Source: a virus
Virus record (IMG/VR): IMGVR_UViG_3300026488_000010
Reading direction: 5' to 3' (one strand)
DNA: 64,000 nucleotides
Shown piece by piece: positions 20,775 to 31,656 of the stretch. The position numbers and the translations under genes are program-made. A model generated the notes under the pieces. The model did no database searches. It had not been told where the DNA came from and saw only the letters and a program-made list of their open reading frames with translations. The first letter of the stretch is position 1. Each line of letters opens with the position of its first letter.

Positions 20775-22637
20775 TTAGAATGTTCCACCATCGATATTAG
20801 CAACTAATTCTTCTACTTTAGTACTTGAATATACTGTACTTGTACTTGCAGTTGTATCATCAATAGATACACCAGCACCACCAACTAATGAATAAATTTT
20901 ATCAGCTGATAAAGTTTTAGTAACATTATCATCTGCATCAACAATCGTATCATCAATCAGAGCTGTAATTTCTGTTTGAACTTTATCCAATGACCAAGTT
21001 TTAGTTGAACTGGTAGTTAATGAATCATCAATTTCTGTTTTAGAATCAATTGCTGATTTAGTTTGAGAAACTGACCATACTTTATCAGTTGCGGTTGTAC
21101 TTGCATCATCAATTAAACCAGTTACATCTGTATCAATTGCTGATTTAGTTTGAGAAACTGACCATACTTTATCAGTTGCGGTTGTACTTGCATCATCAAT
21201 TAAACCAGTTACAGCTGTATCAATAACTGTATCAGTTTGTGAACTTGAATACACTTTATCTGTAGCAGGGGTTGCATCATCAATTAAACCTGATACTGCT
21301 GTACCGATATTTGAATCGATTTTATCACTTGAATATGTTGTTGTAGTAGCAGATGTAGTATCATCGATAATATCTGTACCACCGACTAATGAATCGATTT
21401 TATCACTTGAATATGTTGTTGTAGTGGCAGATGTAGTATCATCGATAATATCTGTACCTGTTGCAGCACGTAAATCACCAGTTTGAATATTGTTATCATC
21501 CCATGTAGCTGAACCTTCAGCTTTTGTTTGAAGACCAATTGTAAGAACACCTGTTGCAGAATCATACGCATCAGCAGCAGCATTTCTTTGAGTACCAGCG
21601 CCCGTTGAACCTGTTGAACCAGTTGAACCTGTTGAACCTTGAGCACCACGAATATCAATTGTTGTATATCCTAGACCATCATCAGATTCAAATACTAGTT
21701 TATGTGTTTGACCTTGAACAGCACTTTCTGTTCCTGCACCAGAATCAGAACCTTCAGTTAATACAGAAACACCTGTCCAACCAGCAGACACAGCACCTAA
21801 TTCATTTTTAATTTTATCTACTGACCAAGTTACAATTGTAGATGTGCTTTGAGCATCATCAATTTTACCATCTGCATATGCTTTAGTTTTTGAACTTGAC
21901 CATAGAGTATCAGTTGCAACAGCAGCATCATCAATAGCAGCAGCAACAGATGAATCACCACCCTCAGCAGCAATTGAATAAATCTTATCAGCAGATAATG
22001 TTTTATCTGTGATATTATCAGCATCAACAATTGTATCATCAATCAGTGCTGTAATTTCAGTTGCAATTTTATTCGCTGACCATGTTTCATTTGTAGCTGA
22101 GCTTGCATCATTAATTAATGCTTCTAATCTAGTTGTTGTGAAGTATAAATTTGTAGTACCTTCAGCAACATCATCAGTAGTTAAAGTAATTGCGCCTGTT
22201 TTAGTGTTAACACTTGTTACAACATCAGTTGGTGTTGCAAGCACAGTCCAATCTGTTACATCACCAGCAGAACCACCATTATGTACAAAAGTTTGACTAA
22301 GATCTGTACGAATTGCTACATCACCTTCTTCAGCAGTTAATGCAGTCATTGCAGCTTCATCAGCAACAGCAGTTACAGCAGTTAATGCTAATGCTGGTAA
22401 TTGTGCAGTAGGAATGAGTCCACCAGCATCAAGTTCAGCTACACCACCTGCAGCGCCTTTAGCAGTTGTTAATATATAATCACCTGTTGCTGCAGCGGTT
22501 GCTGATACACCACCAGCTGTTGAGCCATCACCGATAAATAATTTCTTTTCGTCTGTTGTCCATATTAACTCACCATTTGCTGGTGTTATATTTAAACGAT
22601 CTGCTTCGAGACCTCTTCTAATCTGAATTTTACCCAT
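20775..22637 (-). CDS. Tail fibre-like protein, Mtd_N-like N-terminus, Thr/Asp-rich IDD...WS..K repeats
   Basis: KIQIRRG...GELIWTTDEKKLFIGDG; VTSVNTKTGAITL fibre motif; internal repeats; ends IDGGTF. Confidence 0.7.
   Translation of the reverse strand: MGKIQIRRGLEADRLNITPANGELIWTTDEKKLFIGDGSTAGGVSATAAATGDYILTTAKGAAGGVAELDAGGLIPTAQLPALALTAVTAVADEAAMTALTAEEGDVAIRTDLSQTFVHNGGSAGDVTDWTVLATPTDVVTSVNTKTGAITLTTDDVAEGTTNLYFTTTRLEALINDASSATNETWSANKIATEITALIDDTIVDADNITDKTLSADKIYSIAAEGGDSSVAAAIDDAAVATDTLWSSSKTKAYADGKIDDAQSTSTIVTWSVDKIKNELGAVSAGWTGVSVLTEGSDSGAGTESAVQGQTHKLVFESDDGLGYTTIDIRGAQGSTGSTGSTGSTGAGTQRNAAADAYDSATGVLTIGLQTKAEGSATWDDNNIQTGDLRAATGTDIIDDTTSATTTTYSSDKIDSLVGGTDIIDDTTSATTTTYSSDKIDSNIGTAVSGLIDDATPATDKVYSSSQTDTVIDTAVTGLIDDASTTATDKVWSVSQTKSAIDTDVTGLIDDASTTATDKVWSVSQTKSAIDSKTEIDDSLTTSSTKTWSLDKVQTEITALIDDTIVDADDNVTKTLSADKIYSLVGGAGVSIDDTTASTSTVYSSTKVEELVANIDGGTF
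21047..21452 (-). repeat. Intragenic near-identical repeats: two 87-bp and two 78-bp units
   Basis: Copies start at 21047/21134 and 21313/21391; encode IDDASTTATDKVWSVSQTK and IIDDTTSATTTTYSSDKIDS. Confidence 0.85.
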
Positions 22638-22668
22638 TTTATTTCCTTATTTTTTATAATTATTTGTT

Positions 22669-22691
22669 AGAGTGCGACTTAATCGCACTCT
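22669..22691 (-). terminator. Hairpin at end of 1247-aa gene
   Basis: AGAGTGCGA/TCGCACTCT 9-bp stem. Confidence 0.45.
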
Positions 22692-25600
22692 TTAAAAGGT
22701 TCCAAGATCTATTAATCCTAATTCAATATCTAATATTCTAAATAATGTGTCATCATTTTTAAAGTCTTGTATAGTTGACGTTTCCGTCATGCCTGTGTTA
22801 GCAATCTTAATTAATTGTTCCATTTTGGAATTTATATTACTTTTAATTACAATAACGTTTCCAATTGGTACAATATCAATACCTGTCGAATTGTAATTGT
22901 CAAAGAACGTAAAAGATGATGAAGAAGATTCTAATGTATCTAATCTATCAGTAATTCCAGAAACATCAGATATTCTTTGAGCATACTCCGAATCAATTCG
23001 TGTACTTAATGAATTATCTGATGCTATTCTTGCATCTTCCTCTGCTGATATTGAAGTCGTTTGAATATCTGTTATGCGATCGTTTAATGATGTAACATCA
23101 TATTCTCTAGCTGTTTGTTCATTATCAATATTGTCTTGTAATGTTATATCAGCAGCAACTCTTTCGTCGTGCTCAGTAGCGACTGATTCTAATTGCAGAG
23201 CAGCTAAATCATCAGTGTTTGTTTGAACTTGATCACTAAGATCTTTTAGAGGTGTGCCATTTTTAGTTAATAATACCTGTGCATCTAGATTAGCAATACT
23301 GTTTCGTAATAAATCATCAGCATCTGTTCTATCTGTTATCTCTGTTCCGAGGTCAGTATTTTGAACAGCATCTTCAACAGCAGTTATTCGATTTAACATA
23401 TTTGAATGTTCATTTGAATTTGACGAGGTTAAAGAACTAATTGCATCAACTCTTGCTGTAACTTCATCATCAATCTGTTGTTGAAATCCACCAGAATCTA
23501 TTGAGTCCATACGTGTTTCAATAATATCCATTCTAGAATTGGTAGCAACATTGAGATCTTGCAGAACTTCTAAATCATGTGTAGTTGCATATTGCAAAAC
23601 TTTTTCAAATTCCCAAACATATACAGCATTACCAGTAATTAGATTAAACGTATCATCATGGTATGTTATATCAACTACTTGAGCATTAAGTGCTATCTTA
23701 TCAATTAATACATTATTTCTAGTATAAACATTACATAAAAACTTATTATCAGCATTGAATACTATTTCAATCACATAATTTGTAGTTTTAAACATTTCTA
23801 AGAATGACGGATAAATAATAGATGTTGTCTTTTCAGTTGCTGTTGCATTTACAAAATCAATATCATATTGTAACTGTCCAACGTTTGTTTCAATAATTAA
23901 AATACTATCAACTATTTGGAAGTCAAAAACTGTGCCGTTTGCAATATCAATATTAATAACATCATCATTTGTAAAGTTCATAATATTGATTCCACGATGA
24001 TCTGAATCCATATGAACAACATATACTATCGCATATATAACAATTGTTGCATAAAATTTATTAACAACTATATCTGTGCTGATCTTTTGACCTTGAACTT
24101 CTTTTTCATTAAATGTATTTAATAATCCAACATATGAATTTTTTTCATAATCTTCTGAACCCGTTTCAACATATCTATAATAAATAAGATTATCAACAAC
24201 TACTATAAAATCAGTGTAATCATTGTATTTGTCGAATGTTTGATATTCTGTATAATTATTATTCAATAGAGATATTCGACCAACAACATAACGATTGTAT
24301 CTATTTGTAACGTCTGATGGGTCATGTAAATATGTACCAGCAATATGCAATATATTATCATATACAAAACATGTCTCAAAACTAAAATAAGCATATGGTA
24401 AATCACATATGTACTTGTTTTTGAAAAATACTTGTTGTTTAAGAGTATGCTCATTATAACGAACATCAAAGTATGGATCGTTAGATGTATTATATGTTTT
24501 AATCAAATCTAAAAACGTTTTTTTAGGAATTGTTGATACATTATCATCCATGAATCTTTTTGTAATTAGTGATTGATCAGTTTTTGGTTGGTATTTATCA
24601 ATTGCGTATGGATTGTATTGTGATACATCAGGTGATCTAATATCGTCAACAGTATTTATCTTGAATATTCTATTACCATCAATTGCTACTAAATAGTTTT
24701 GATATTTAAACAATGTATAAATTTTAGATTCTAATGGTAATGTTTGAAAATGTACTAAATCAATAGTTGAATATATAACTAGAGCTTCGCTGTATGATAT
24801 ATATAATAAATCATCGTATACATAAAAATCTTTAATTGATCCATTGAATGATACGGAATCGTATTTGTATTTTGTCTCGATAGCATTTAAAAAATTACCA
24901 TCTTTAAATAATGCTATAAAGTTCGAAGAGGCATACATTGTAGTTGTATCATCAATCTTAAATAATACTTTTCTTACTGTACTTGCTTCAAATGGAATAG
25001 TGTCATCAGTAAAACCATAAGTATAATCAATAATATTGAGGTTAATAGATTGATTAAAATCTGAAAACGTTACATAGTTATTGAACATCGACATCTTAAT
25101 ACTTGAAACATCAGCTCCTGTGATATCAGCATTATCTATAAATGCTTGGTGAATGTCGATTGCAACATAACTGTTTAAACTATAATTGATCATCTCAAAT
25201 AAAGTTCCATCAAATATTAGGATATATGATTCATGAAATTCAACAGTAAATTTAGTATTAATAGAAATTGTTGTGCTAAATGAACCCTCTTCTGTTAAAG
25301 TATATTTATTTAATTCATCATTAAACGATTTTGTAAACATTTTTACAACACATGTTCCAGCATTGTCTGTTATAATAAAATATAAACCATTTTTTTCATA
25401 TACATATTTAATTGGTTCAGGATGAGCAACATCATACGTTGCTCTTAATGGATCCATTTTTAATTCAGATGTTCCAGATATTTGATCAAAATAATTTAAT
25501 TTTCCAATATCAGAATAAGCTTTAGAACTTGATAATAAAACATTTGGTGATTTACCATAATTTGAATATGTTGTGTAATCGAAAGCGTTGGCTGCTAATT

Positions 25601-26435
25601 TAACAAAATCAACTTGCTTCTTAGTTTTCTTGGTTTGGTTATCTATATCAGCAATTTTACCTTTAGTTATATTAACAGATGCTTCTGCATCTGCAATTAA
25701 TGCTTCTTCTTCTGGTGTTAAAATACCATCAGCCAATGCCAATGTTACAATTCTATTATATTCAATATAATCATTTTCTAATTGATGTGCAGCATCAATA
25801 GTTGCTTGTTCAGCAGCAGTAATTTTACCATCTAAAGCAGCTTCGGATTCTATACGCTCAGTAATTGCAACTATACGTTTTTGTTCTTCTGCTAATATTG
25901 CTGCAGTACGTGCTGCTTCCTCATCGGTAATTCGACCATCTGCATTAGCCGCAGCTATACTTGCGCTAGACGCTTCAGTACTTGCAGCTAATATATCTGT
26001 TCCCATATTTGATAATCTCGCGTTATTCGCGTCTATAAATGATCTAGATAAAGTAATTAATGCTTCTTCTTCATCTGTTAAAACACCATCAGCCATTGCT
26101 TTAAGAACAACGTTTTGATATTCTTTATATGCAGCCGTTATATCAGCTGCCGCTTCAATTTGGGCCTGCTCAAACTGCGTAACAATGCCATCAGATTTTG
26201 CAGATGCAATTATTTGAGCTTCTTGTTGTGTAGCTAATTGCACTTCTAATTGAACTGCTCTTGCTATCGAAGCTTGCTCAAATTGATCAATCTTACCATC
26301 AAGATTAGCTGCCTCTAATATTTGGTCAGCTAATAATGTCTGTGTCTCTAGATTAGACGATTCTAGTGCTCTAAAGTTATCATCTAATTCAGCAAACGAT
26401 AATGGTCTGTCGATGTCCATACGATAATTAATCAT
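22692..26435 (-). CDS. Large fibre/virion protein: coiled coils flanking a beta-rich (propeller-like) core
   Basis: N-terminal RPLSFAELDDNF motif common in phage fibre proteins; EE-x-AR-x-x-AD coiled-coil repeats; ends IDLGTF. Confidence 0.55.
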   Translation of the reverse strand: MINYRMDIDRPLSFAELDDNFRALESSNLETQTLLADQILEAANLDGKIDQFEQASIARAVQLEVQLATQQEAQIIASAKSDGIVTQFEQAQIEAAADITAAYKEYQNVVLKAMADGVLTDEEEALITLSRSFIDANNARLSNMGTDILAASTEASSASIAAANADGRITDEEAARTAAILAEEQKRIVAITERIESEAALDGKITAAEQATIDAAHQLENDYIEYNRIVTLALADGILTPEEEALIADAEASVNITKGKIADIDNQTKKTKKQVDFVKLAANAFDYTTYSNYGKSPNVLLSSSKAYSDIGKLNYFDQISGTSELKMDPLRATYDVAHPEPIKYVYEKNGLYFIITDNAGTCVVKMFTKSFNDELNKYTLTEEGSFSTTISINTKFTVEFHESYILIFDGTLFEMINYSLNSYVAIDIHQAFIDNADITGADVSSIKMSMFNNYVTFSDFNQSINLNIIDYTYGFTDDTIPFEASTVRKVLFKIDDTTTMYASSNFIALFKDGNFLNAIETKYKYDSVSFNGSIKDFYVYDDLLYISYSEALVIYSTIDLVHFQTLPLESKIYTLFKYQNYLVAIDGNRIFKINTVDDIRSPDVSQYNPYAIDKYQPKTDQSLITKRFMDDNVSTIPKKTFLDLIKTYNTSNDPYFDVRYNEHTLKQQVFFKNKYICDLPYAYFSFETCFVYDNILHIAGTYLHDPSDVTNRYNRYVVGRISLLNNNYTEYQTFDKYNDYTDFIVVVDNLIYYRYVETGSEDYEKNSYVGLLNTFNEKEVQGQKISTDIVVNKFYATIVIYAIVYVVHMDSDHRGINIMNFTNDDVINIDIANGTVFDFQIVDSILIIETNVGQLQYDIDFVNATATEKTTSIIYPSFLEMFKTTNYVIEIVFNADNKFLCNVYTRNNVLIDKIALNAQVVDITYHDDTFNLITGNAVYVWEFEKVLQYATTHDLEVLQDLNVATNSRMDIIETRMDSIDSGGFQQQIDDEVTARVDAISSLTSSNSNEHSNMLNRITAVEDAVQNTDLGTEITDRTDADDLLRNSIANLDAQVLLTKNGTPLKDLSDQVQTNTDDLAALQLESVATEHDERVAADITLQDNIDNEQTAREYDVTSLNDRITDIQTTSISAEEDARIASDNSLSTRIDSEYAQRISDVSGITDRLDTLESSSSSFTFFDNYNSTGIDIVPIGNVIVIKSNINSKMEQLIKIANTGMTETSTIQDFKNDDTLFRILDIELGLIDLGTF

Positions 26436-26444
26436 AGATATCCT

Positions 26445-27872
26445 TTATTTTTGTTCTAATTTTTTTAAACGTTTTTCAATATTTATAATAAATTGTGACA
26501 TATTTTTATTTGCATCTTTATTTTTAACATCTCTTAATTCATTTCTTAAACTAATAATTTCATTATTCAATTGTTTTAATTTGAACTCGCTTCTCTCATC
26601 AATACTTGCAAACGTTTCTTGTACTTCATTATAATTTATTTGAATTTCGTTGCGAATAGTTCTACGAATAACAACCATTTGATCTTCGATGGATTGAACA
26701 TTGTTGACATTTAAATCTTTAAATTTTAACATTAGAGATTGTTCTAATTTTTCTGCCATTGTATCAAATGTATCTGATGATACATATGTATCATCAAAAC
26801 CAATTTCTTTGATACGTTCATCTAAGGTTTTTAACAACTTTGCTTCAAATGATACAGCGTGTGTTTTAAATAATGAATCAATATGTTTTAATCTAGAATC
26901 GATAGCAGTTCTAAAACTTTTCATTTCTTGCTCATATTTTAAAAGTTCTGATTCTTTATCATCATTAAACTTTTTAAATTCTTGTTCTAATTGATCTTTA
27001 GTTGATTTTAATTCTGTATCTAAAGTATTCAATAAAATATCGTTATTTGATTCAAGTACTTGTTGTTGGGTAGAAATGAAAGATAATATATCTTTTTTAT
27101 TTTTAGATACAATATGTTGCATTGTGCTAAAATTATCTTTAGATTCATCCATTAATTTAATTAATTGTGTTGATAAATCATAAAACGCTTTATTGTACTC
27201 TGATGTTTTTGAATCAATAATTGCAGTCATTGATGAATCAATGTCAGTATTAATCGAATCAATAAATTCTCTAATTTCTTTTGAGAATATATCTATTTGA
27301 TCATTAAATGATATTAATATTTTATTATGAATATCTGTTTTTAATGCTTCTATTTCTAAATCATGTTCTAATGATATATCATCTGCTTCAGCAAGCATTG
27401 TTTGAACAATCCCAAAAGCTTTTTCTAATTCAAATAATTTAACATTAAATACTTCTTCCAATTCATGTCGAGCATCAGTATTCTCAGATATTAATGTTCT
27501 AATTTCAATATTATCATTAATTAATTTCTTAATCTTTTTATTTAATGGAGCTGCTGGTAATCGAGCATCTCTCCATTCAGAAAATTTACCATTTTTATTA
27601 TCACGATGCATTGGTAATATATCCAAATCTATTGATACTATCTGTTGATAAGTTATTGAACCTTTTAATTGAGTATATAAAGTTCCGTGAATTATCTCGA
27701 TAGGGATATTTAACCATCCTTTACCTATTTCAAAAGTATTTGTATTTTTAAGATAATTAGCATTTAAATCATCTTCTTTAATTATAGTAATTCTTGGATC
27801 AAAATCTAAACTCTCTAATTTATTTTGTTTATTTTGTTTAACATTAACATTCTGTAATGGAAATTTGGGCAT
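26445..27872 (-). CDS. Long coiled-coil hypothetical protein
   Basis: 475 aa, extended heptad periodicity. Confidence 0.6.
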   Translation of the reverse strand: MPKFPLQNVNVKQNKQNKLESLDFDPRITIIKEDDLNANYLKNTNTFEIGKGWLNIPIEIIHGTLYTQLKGSITYQQIVSIDLDILPMHRDNKNGKFSEWRDARLPAAPLNKKIKKLINDNIEIRTLISENTDARHELEEVFNVKLFELEKAFGIVQTMLAEADDISLEHDLEIEALKTDIHNKILISFNDQIDIFSKEIREFIDSINTDIDSSMTAIIDSKTSEYNKAFYDLSTQLIKLMDESKDNFSTMQHIVSKNKKDILSFISTQQQVLESNNDILLNTLDTELKSTKDQLEQEFKKFNDDKESELLKYEQEMKSFRTAIDSRLKHIDSLFKTHAVSFEAKLLKTLDERIKEIGFDDTYVSSDTFDTMAEKLEQSLMLKFKDLNVNNVQSIEDQMVVIRRTIRNEIQINYNEVQETFASIDERSEFKLKQLNNEIISLRNELRDVKNKDANKNMSQFIINIEKRLKKLEQK

Positions 27873-27910
27873 AATATACTCCTTTACTAATTTGTTATCT
27901 ATGAATCAAA

Positions 27911-27948
27911 GCACAAGAAAGTTCCTAGAGATACTATATCTCTAGGAA
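27911..27948 (-). terminator. Hairpin + TTTCTTGTG signal
   Basis: 12-bp stem TTCCTAGAGATA/TATCTCTAGGAA. Confidence 0.6.
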
Positions 27949-27976
27949 AACGATCTTTATCGATAAAGATCGTTTT
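27947..27976. repeat. 30-bp perfect palindrome AAAACGATCTTTATCGATAAAGATCGTTTT
   Basis: Identical copy at 50261-50290; hybrid copy at 41742-41771. Confidence 0.9.
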
Positions 27977-28029
27977 ACAATTTTACTTTTTTAGGAGCTT
28001 CCCATTTTTCATTTGAACATGTAAATGTG

Positions 28030-29112
28030 CTAATGTGCTAATGTGCTAATGATTTCATCGGTTTCATCATCACGTAATGCTTGAATGCATGATCCCATTG
28101 TATTGTCTTCTAATGCAACAACAGTATGTGATGCTTTTCCTCCAGCTTTTGTAGGAGAGAATTTTTGATCACTATATGAACCTCCAGTACCTGAAGATGA
28201 AGATGAAGACGAAGACGAAGATGAATTTTCACCCTCTGCATGTGAACCGTAACCAATTGCCTCATTACCTTTACCCTCAGCATGTGATGCGAAACCCAGA
28301 GCTTTAGTGTTATAACCCTCTGCATGAGATGATACACCTAATGCTAAAGTGTCATGACCAAATGCTTGTGAGTTTTTACCACTCGCATCAACATTTAATC
28401 CAACTGCAATATTGTTTGATGTGGTTAAGTCTTTTTCTATAATATTAGCTGCGAGATTATATTCAACAACTGCTAAACCATTCTTTTTTTCAACTTTACT
28501 TATACAAAAATATAATTCATTTACAGGATCGTCTAAACCTTGAAAAACCAATACATATGTTTTGTTTGTTTCAGAATCATTTGTTACAATACCTTGCTCA
28601 GACCATTCGTATGTATTCTCACCAAAATCTGTATTAACTTTAAAATTATAATCAAATGATTGATTATAACTAAGCTCAGCATTAACTTGTTCAACATTAT
28701 ATATATTAACAACAATATCTTGAGTGCTCACAGATGCATCTAAACCTGATGATGCCATAATAAATAATTGTTCTGTTGGTGCGAGCATTATTTCTTGTGT
28801 TAAAATCATAACGCCATTTGGTGCAGCGCTAGTAACATGAAGTTTTTGATCATATGGTATATTATATTGATCATAAGATTCCTGATAATATTGTGTAATT
28901 AATCCTGCTCTAGCATCTAGTCCAATTGCGATGTTATTATTTTCATCAGGTTTGAATGCATCACCTAAATTTGACCAAACTATCTCTGATCGGCTATTTA
29001 ACCAACCATGTTCACCAGTATCAGTTGCGAAAACAATTTCACCTTCCAATGGTGGTAAAGTCTCTAATATTCCTTTTGTGTTTCTTCTAAATAATACGCC
29101 TGTACCAGCCAT
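28030..29112 (-). CDS. Fibre/adhesin with Mtd_N-like anchor and YadA-head (Hep_Hag)-like repeats
   Basis: GVLFRR...GEIVFATDTGEHGW; 14-aa repeats A-x-G-x-x-SHAEG; poly-Ser linker. Confidence 0.6.
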   Translation of the reverse strand: MAGTGVLFRRNTKGILETLPPLEGEIVFATDTGEHGWLNSRSEIVWSNLGDAFKPDENNNIAIGLDARAGLITQYYQESYDQYNIPYDQKLHVTSAAPNGVMILTQEIMLAPTEQLFIMASSGLDASVSTQDIVVNIYNVEQVNAELSYNQSFDYNFKVNTDFGENTYEWSEQGIVTNDSETNKTYVLVFQGLDDPVNELYFCISKVEKKNGLAVVEYNLAANIIEKDLTTSNNIAVGLNVDASGKNSQAFGHDTLALGVSSHAEGYNTKALGFASHAEGKGNEAIGYGSHAEGENSSSSSSSSSSSGTGGSYSDQKFSPTKAGGKASHTVVALEDNTMGSCIQALRDDETDEIISTLAH

Positions 29113-29160
29113 TTTATTAATTATTATAAAGATTAAGTTTATTGTGAGGTTATTGTGAGG

Positions 29161-30699
29161 TTATTGTGATATTTTTACAAAACCGTTATCAATATATAAT
29201 CGTCCAGGATTTGCAGGATCAGCAGTAGGTAAACTACTAAAATCAACATCTTGTAAATCTTGAGTAACCCAACTTACACCATCAAATATCAATGCGTGTC
29301 CGTACTGAGGAGAAGTTGTTAAATCAACATCGCCTAAATCACCAATTGATGTTGCATTGAATGCATCCATATCTTTAAAATTTGTATGTGTCCAATCTGC
29401 ACCATCAAACATCATAAGATCACCTGTCTGTGGCGAATTAAGAGTTACATCACCTAAATCACCAATTGATGTTGCATCCAACGCATTAAGGTCAGCGAAC
29501 TTACCAACCTGCCAAGAACCTGCTCCATCATTCATTAATATATCACCTTGATTACCAGATGGTAAACCTCCGGATCCAGCATTATCGATCTCTGATCTAA
29601 TCTTATCAGATGACCATGTAGTTGTTGATGCTTGATTTAAATCATCTAATTGTGATTCTATTGCAATTGTTCTCTCTGATACAATCTTATCAGATGACCA
29701 TGTAGTTGTTGATGCTTGATTTAAATCATCTATTGATACACCAACAGCATTATCAATCTCTGATACAATCTTATCAGATGACCATGTAGTTGTTGATGCT
29801 TGATTTAAATCATCTATTGATACACCAACAACATTATCAATCTCTGATACAATCTTATCAGATGACCATGTAGTTGTTGATGCTTGATTTAAATCATCCA
29901 ATTGTGATTCTATTGCAATTGTTCTCTCTGATACAATCTTATCAGATGACCATGTAGTTGTTGATGCTTGATTTAAATCATCTAATTGTGATTCTATTGC
30001 AATTGTTCTCTCTGATACAATCTTATCAGATGACCATGTAGTTGTTGATGCTTGATTTAAATCATCTATTGATACACCAACAGCATTATCAATCTCTGAT
30101 ACAATCTTATCAGATGACCATGTAGTTGTTGATGCTTGATTTAAATCATCTATTGATACACCAACAACATTATCAATCTCTGATACAATCTTATCAGATG
30201 ACCATGTAGTTGTTGATGCTTGATTTAAATCATCTATATCAGCACCAGAACCCGACGGGTTCGCAACATTATTTGCAGCAATAGCATTGTTGATTGATGT
30301 TGATGTTTTTGATGAACTCCAAACAGAATTTGAATTAATAGCACCATCATTGATACTTGCACCCGGTTGAATATTATTCAACAGTGTTGTAACTTGTTGT
30401 GAACTAAAAACTTTTGTATTTGATATATTAAGATCATCTACTTCCGCAAAGTCCAGTGAGTTATTATATGTTGCAAATGAGTTATTTATATATCCAACAA
30501 TTTTATTAGCTGACCACGTGTTAGGTCCTTGAATGTTATCATCCATATTTCCTAATAAATCATTCCATATAACTTGTCCATTTACAAGCCAACCATATTT
30601 TTCAGTATCTGTCGCAAATACCAATTCGCCTTGAACAGGTGGATTAAATGTAAAATAATCCTGTATTTCTCTTCGTAATAATATTCCAGTACTAGCCAT
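29161..30699 (-). CDS. Fibre-like protein with Mtd_N-like anchor and 28-aa tandem repeats
   Basis: GILLRR...GELVFATDTEKYGW; eight DDLNQASTTTWSSDKI units; two IGDLGDV repeats. Confidence 0.65.
   Translation of the reverse strand: MASTGILLRREIQDYFTFNPPVQGELVFATDTEKYGWLVNGQVIWNDLLGNMDDNIQGPNTWSANKIVGYINNSFATYNNSLDFAEVDDLNISNTKVFSSQQVTTLLNNIQPGASINDGAINSNSVWSSSKTSTSINNAIAANNVANPSGSGADIDDLNQASTTTWSSDKIVSEIDNVVGVSIDDLNQASTTTWSSDKIVSEIDNAVGVSIDDLNQASTTTWSSDKIVSERTIAIESQLDDLNQASTTTWSSDKIVSERTIAIESQLDDLNQASTTTWSSDKIVSEIDNVVGVSIDDLNQASTTTWSSDKIVSEIDNAVGVSIDDLNQASTTTWSSDKIVSERTIAIESQLDDLNQASTTTWSSDKIRSEIDNAGSGGLPSGNQGDILMNDGAGSWQVGKFADLNALDATSIGDLGDVTLNSPQTGDLMMFDGADWTHTNFKDMDAFNATSIGDLGDVDLTTSPQYGHALIFDGVSWVTQDLQDVDFSSLPTADPANPGRLYIDNGFVKISQ
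29581..30240 (-). repeat. Intragenic 84-bp tandem repeat, 8 units
   Basis: atcagatgaccatgtagttgttgatgcttgatttaaatcatc recurs at 29605, 29689, 29773, 29857, 29941, 30025, 30109, 30193. Confidence 0.95.
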
Positions 30700-31040
30700 T
30701 AGTAATCTCCATTTAATTCATCTAAATTATTTTGTATTTCACTATTATTTGAATCTATTTTTTTCTTAACTGATTGAGCAGCACCATATACACCAGCACC
30801 TGCAGTTCCAATCGCACCTGCAATAATTAAAGGTTTTAAAACAGATTCTTGTAAAATAGGTTTAGGTTTTATATCTTTTAACCCTTTTGTTATTCTACTT
30901 GAACCACCATATTGCACTTGAGCTGTAGAACCGGAGGCATTAGAAACACCGCCAATTCCTCCAGTGATACCTCCAGCACCTGAAAATGCACCATCCTCTA
31001 AAATTGTTTTTATCAATTGTTTATTTACTTTAAGTATCAT
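30699..31040 (-). CDS. Small Gly-rich protein with leader MILKVNKQLIKTILED (putative head-internal family)
   Basis: ILE and ILQE motifs, GAGGITGGIGG and IIAGAIGTAGAGVYGAA segments. Confidence 0.55.
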   Translation of the reverse strand: MILKVNKQLIKTILEDGAFSGAGGITGGIGGVSNASGSTAQVQYGGSSRITKGLKDIKPKPILQESVLKPLIIAGAIGTAGAGVYGAAQSVKKKIDSNNSEIQNNLDELNGDY

Positions 31041-31042
31041 TA

Positions 31043-31645
31043 TCAACCACCAGGTGTAAATGCATTAGTTGTTAAACCATATGTGTTAGGTTCTTGAGAA
31101 TATTCAATCCATCCATCAATAATAAAATAATCATCTGCATCGATATACTCACCTGTTTCATATACTGTAAATTGTCTAAGTTTAATTAAATATTTATCTA
31201 ATGTTGCATTCAATTCAATACTCATTCTAAATTGCATCTTATCATCAGAGTATGCTCCACCAATAAATCTTATCTTTTTATCAAGTGATTGAAATGTATC
31301 ATCCATTGCTGGTATAATTACTCTACCTGATTGTGAATCTATTTTACCATCAGCATGGTCTTTTCTCCATCCTCTAATCATAATAAAATCATATGATAAT
31401 CTTGTAGAATTTGTGGGTATCTCAGCAATTGTAAACTCTTGAGAGTTATCACCTGTACCATTTGTATCGATGCTTACATTAATTTTTTGAGGTTTAACTT
31501 CAAAGTTTCCCCAAATAATATCCGAACCTTTTAATCTTCCAAACTCATCAGTGTCTATTGCATAAACCATTTCACCATCAACAGGTGGATCAATTATAAA
31601 ATCCGCCTTATTTGCTCTTCTAAAAAGTATTCCTGTACTTGCCAT
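31043..31645 (-). CDS. Mtd_N-like anchor protein with unique C-terminal domain
   Basis: TGILFRRANKADFIIDPPVDGEMVYAIDTDEFG. Confidence 0.6.
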   Translation of the reverse strand: MASTGILFRRANKADFIIDPPVDGEMVYAIDTDEFGRLKGSDIIWGNFEVKPQKINVSIDTNGTGDNSQEFTIAEIPTNSTRLSYDFIMIRGWRKDHADGKIDSQSGRVIIPAMDDTFQSLDKKIRFIGGAYSDDKMQFRMSIELNATLDKYLIKLRQFTVYETGEYIDADDYFIIDGWIEYSQEPNTYGLTTNAFTPGG

Positions 31646-31656
31646 ATTTTTTCCTT

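Noticed and set aside
29581-30240. Regularly spaced repeats resembling a CRISPR array
   Set aside because: Units are in-frame 84-bp coding repeats; the 'spacers' are repeated variants, and no cas genes are present
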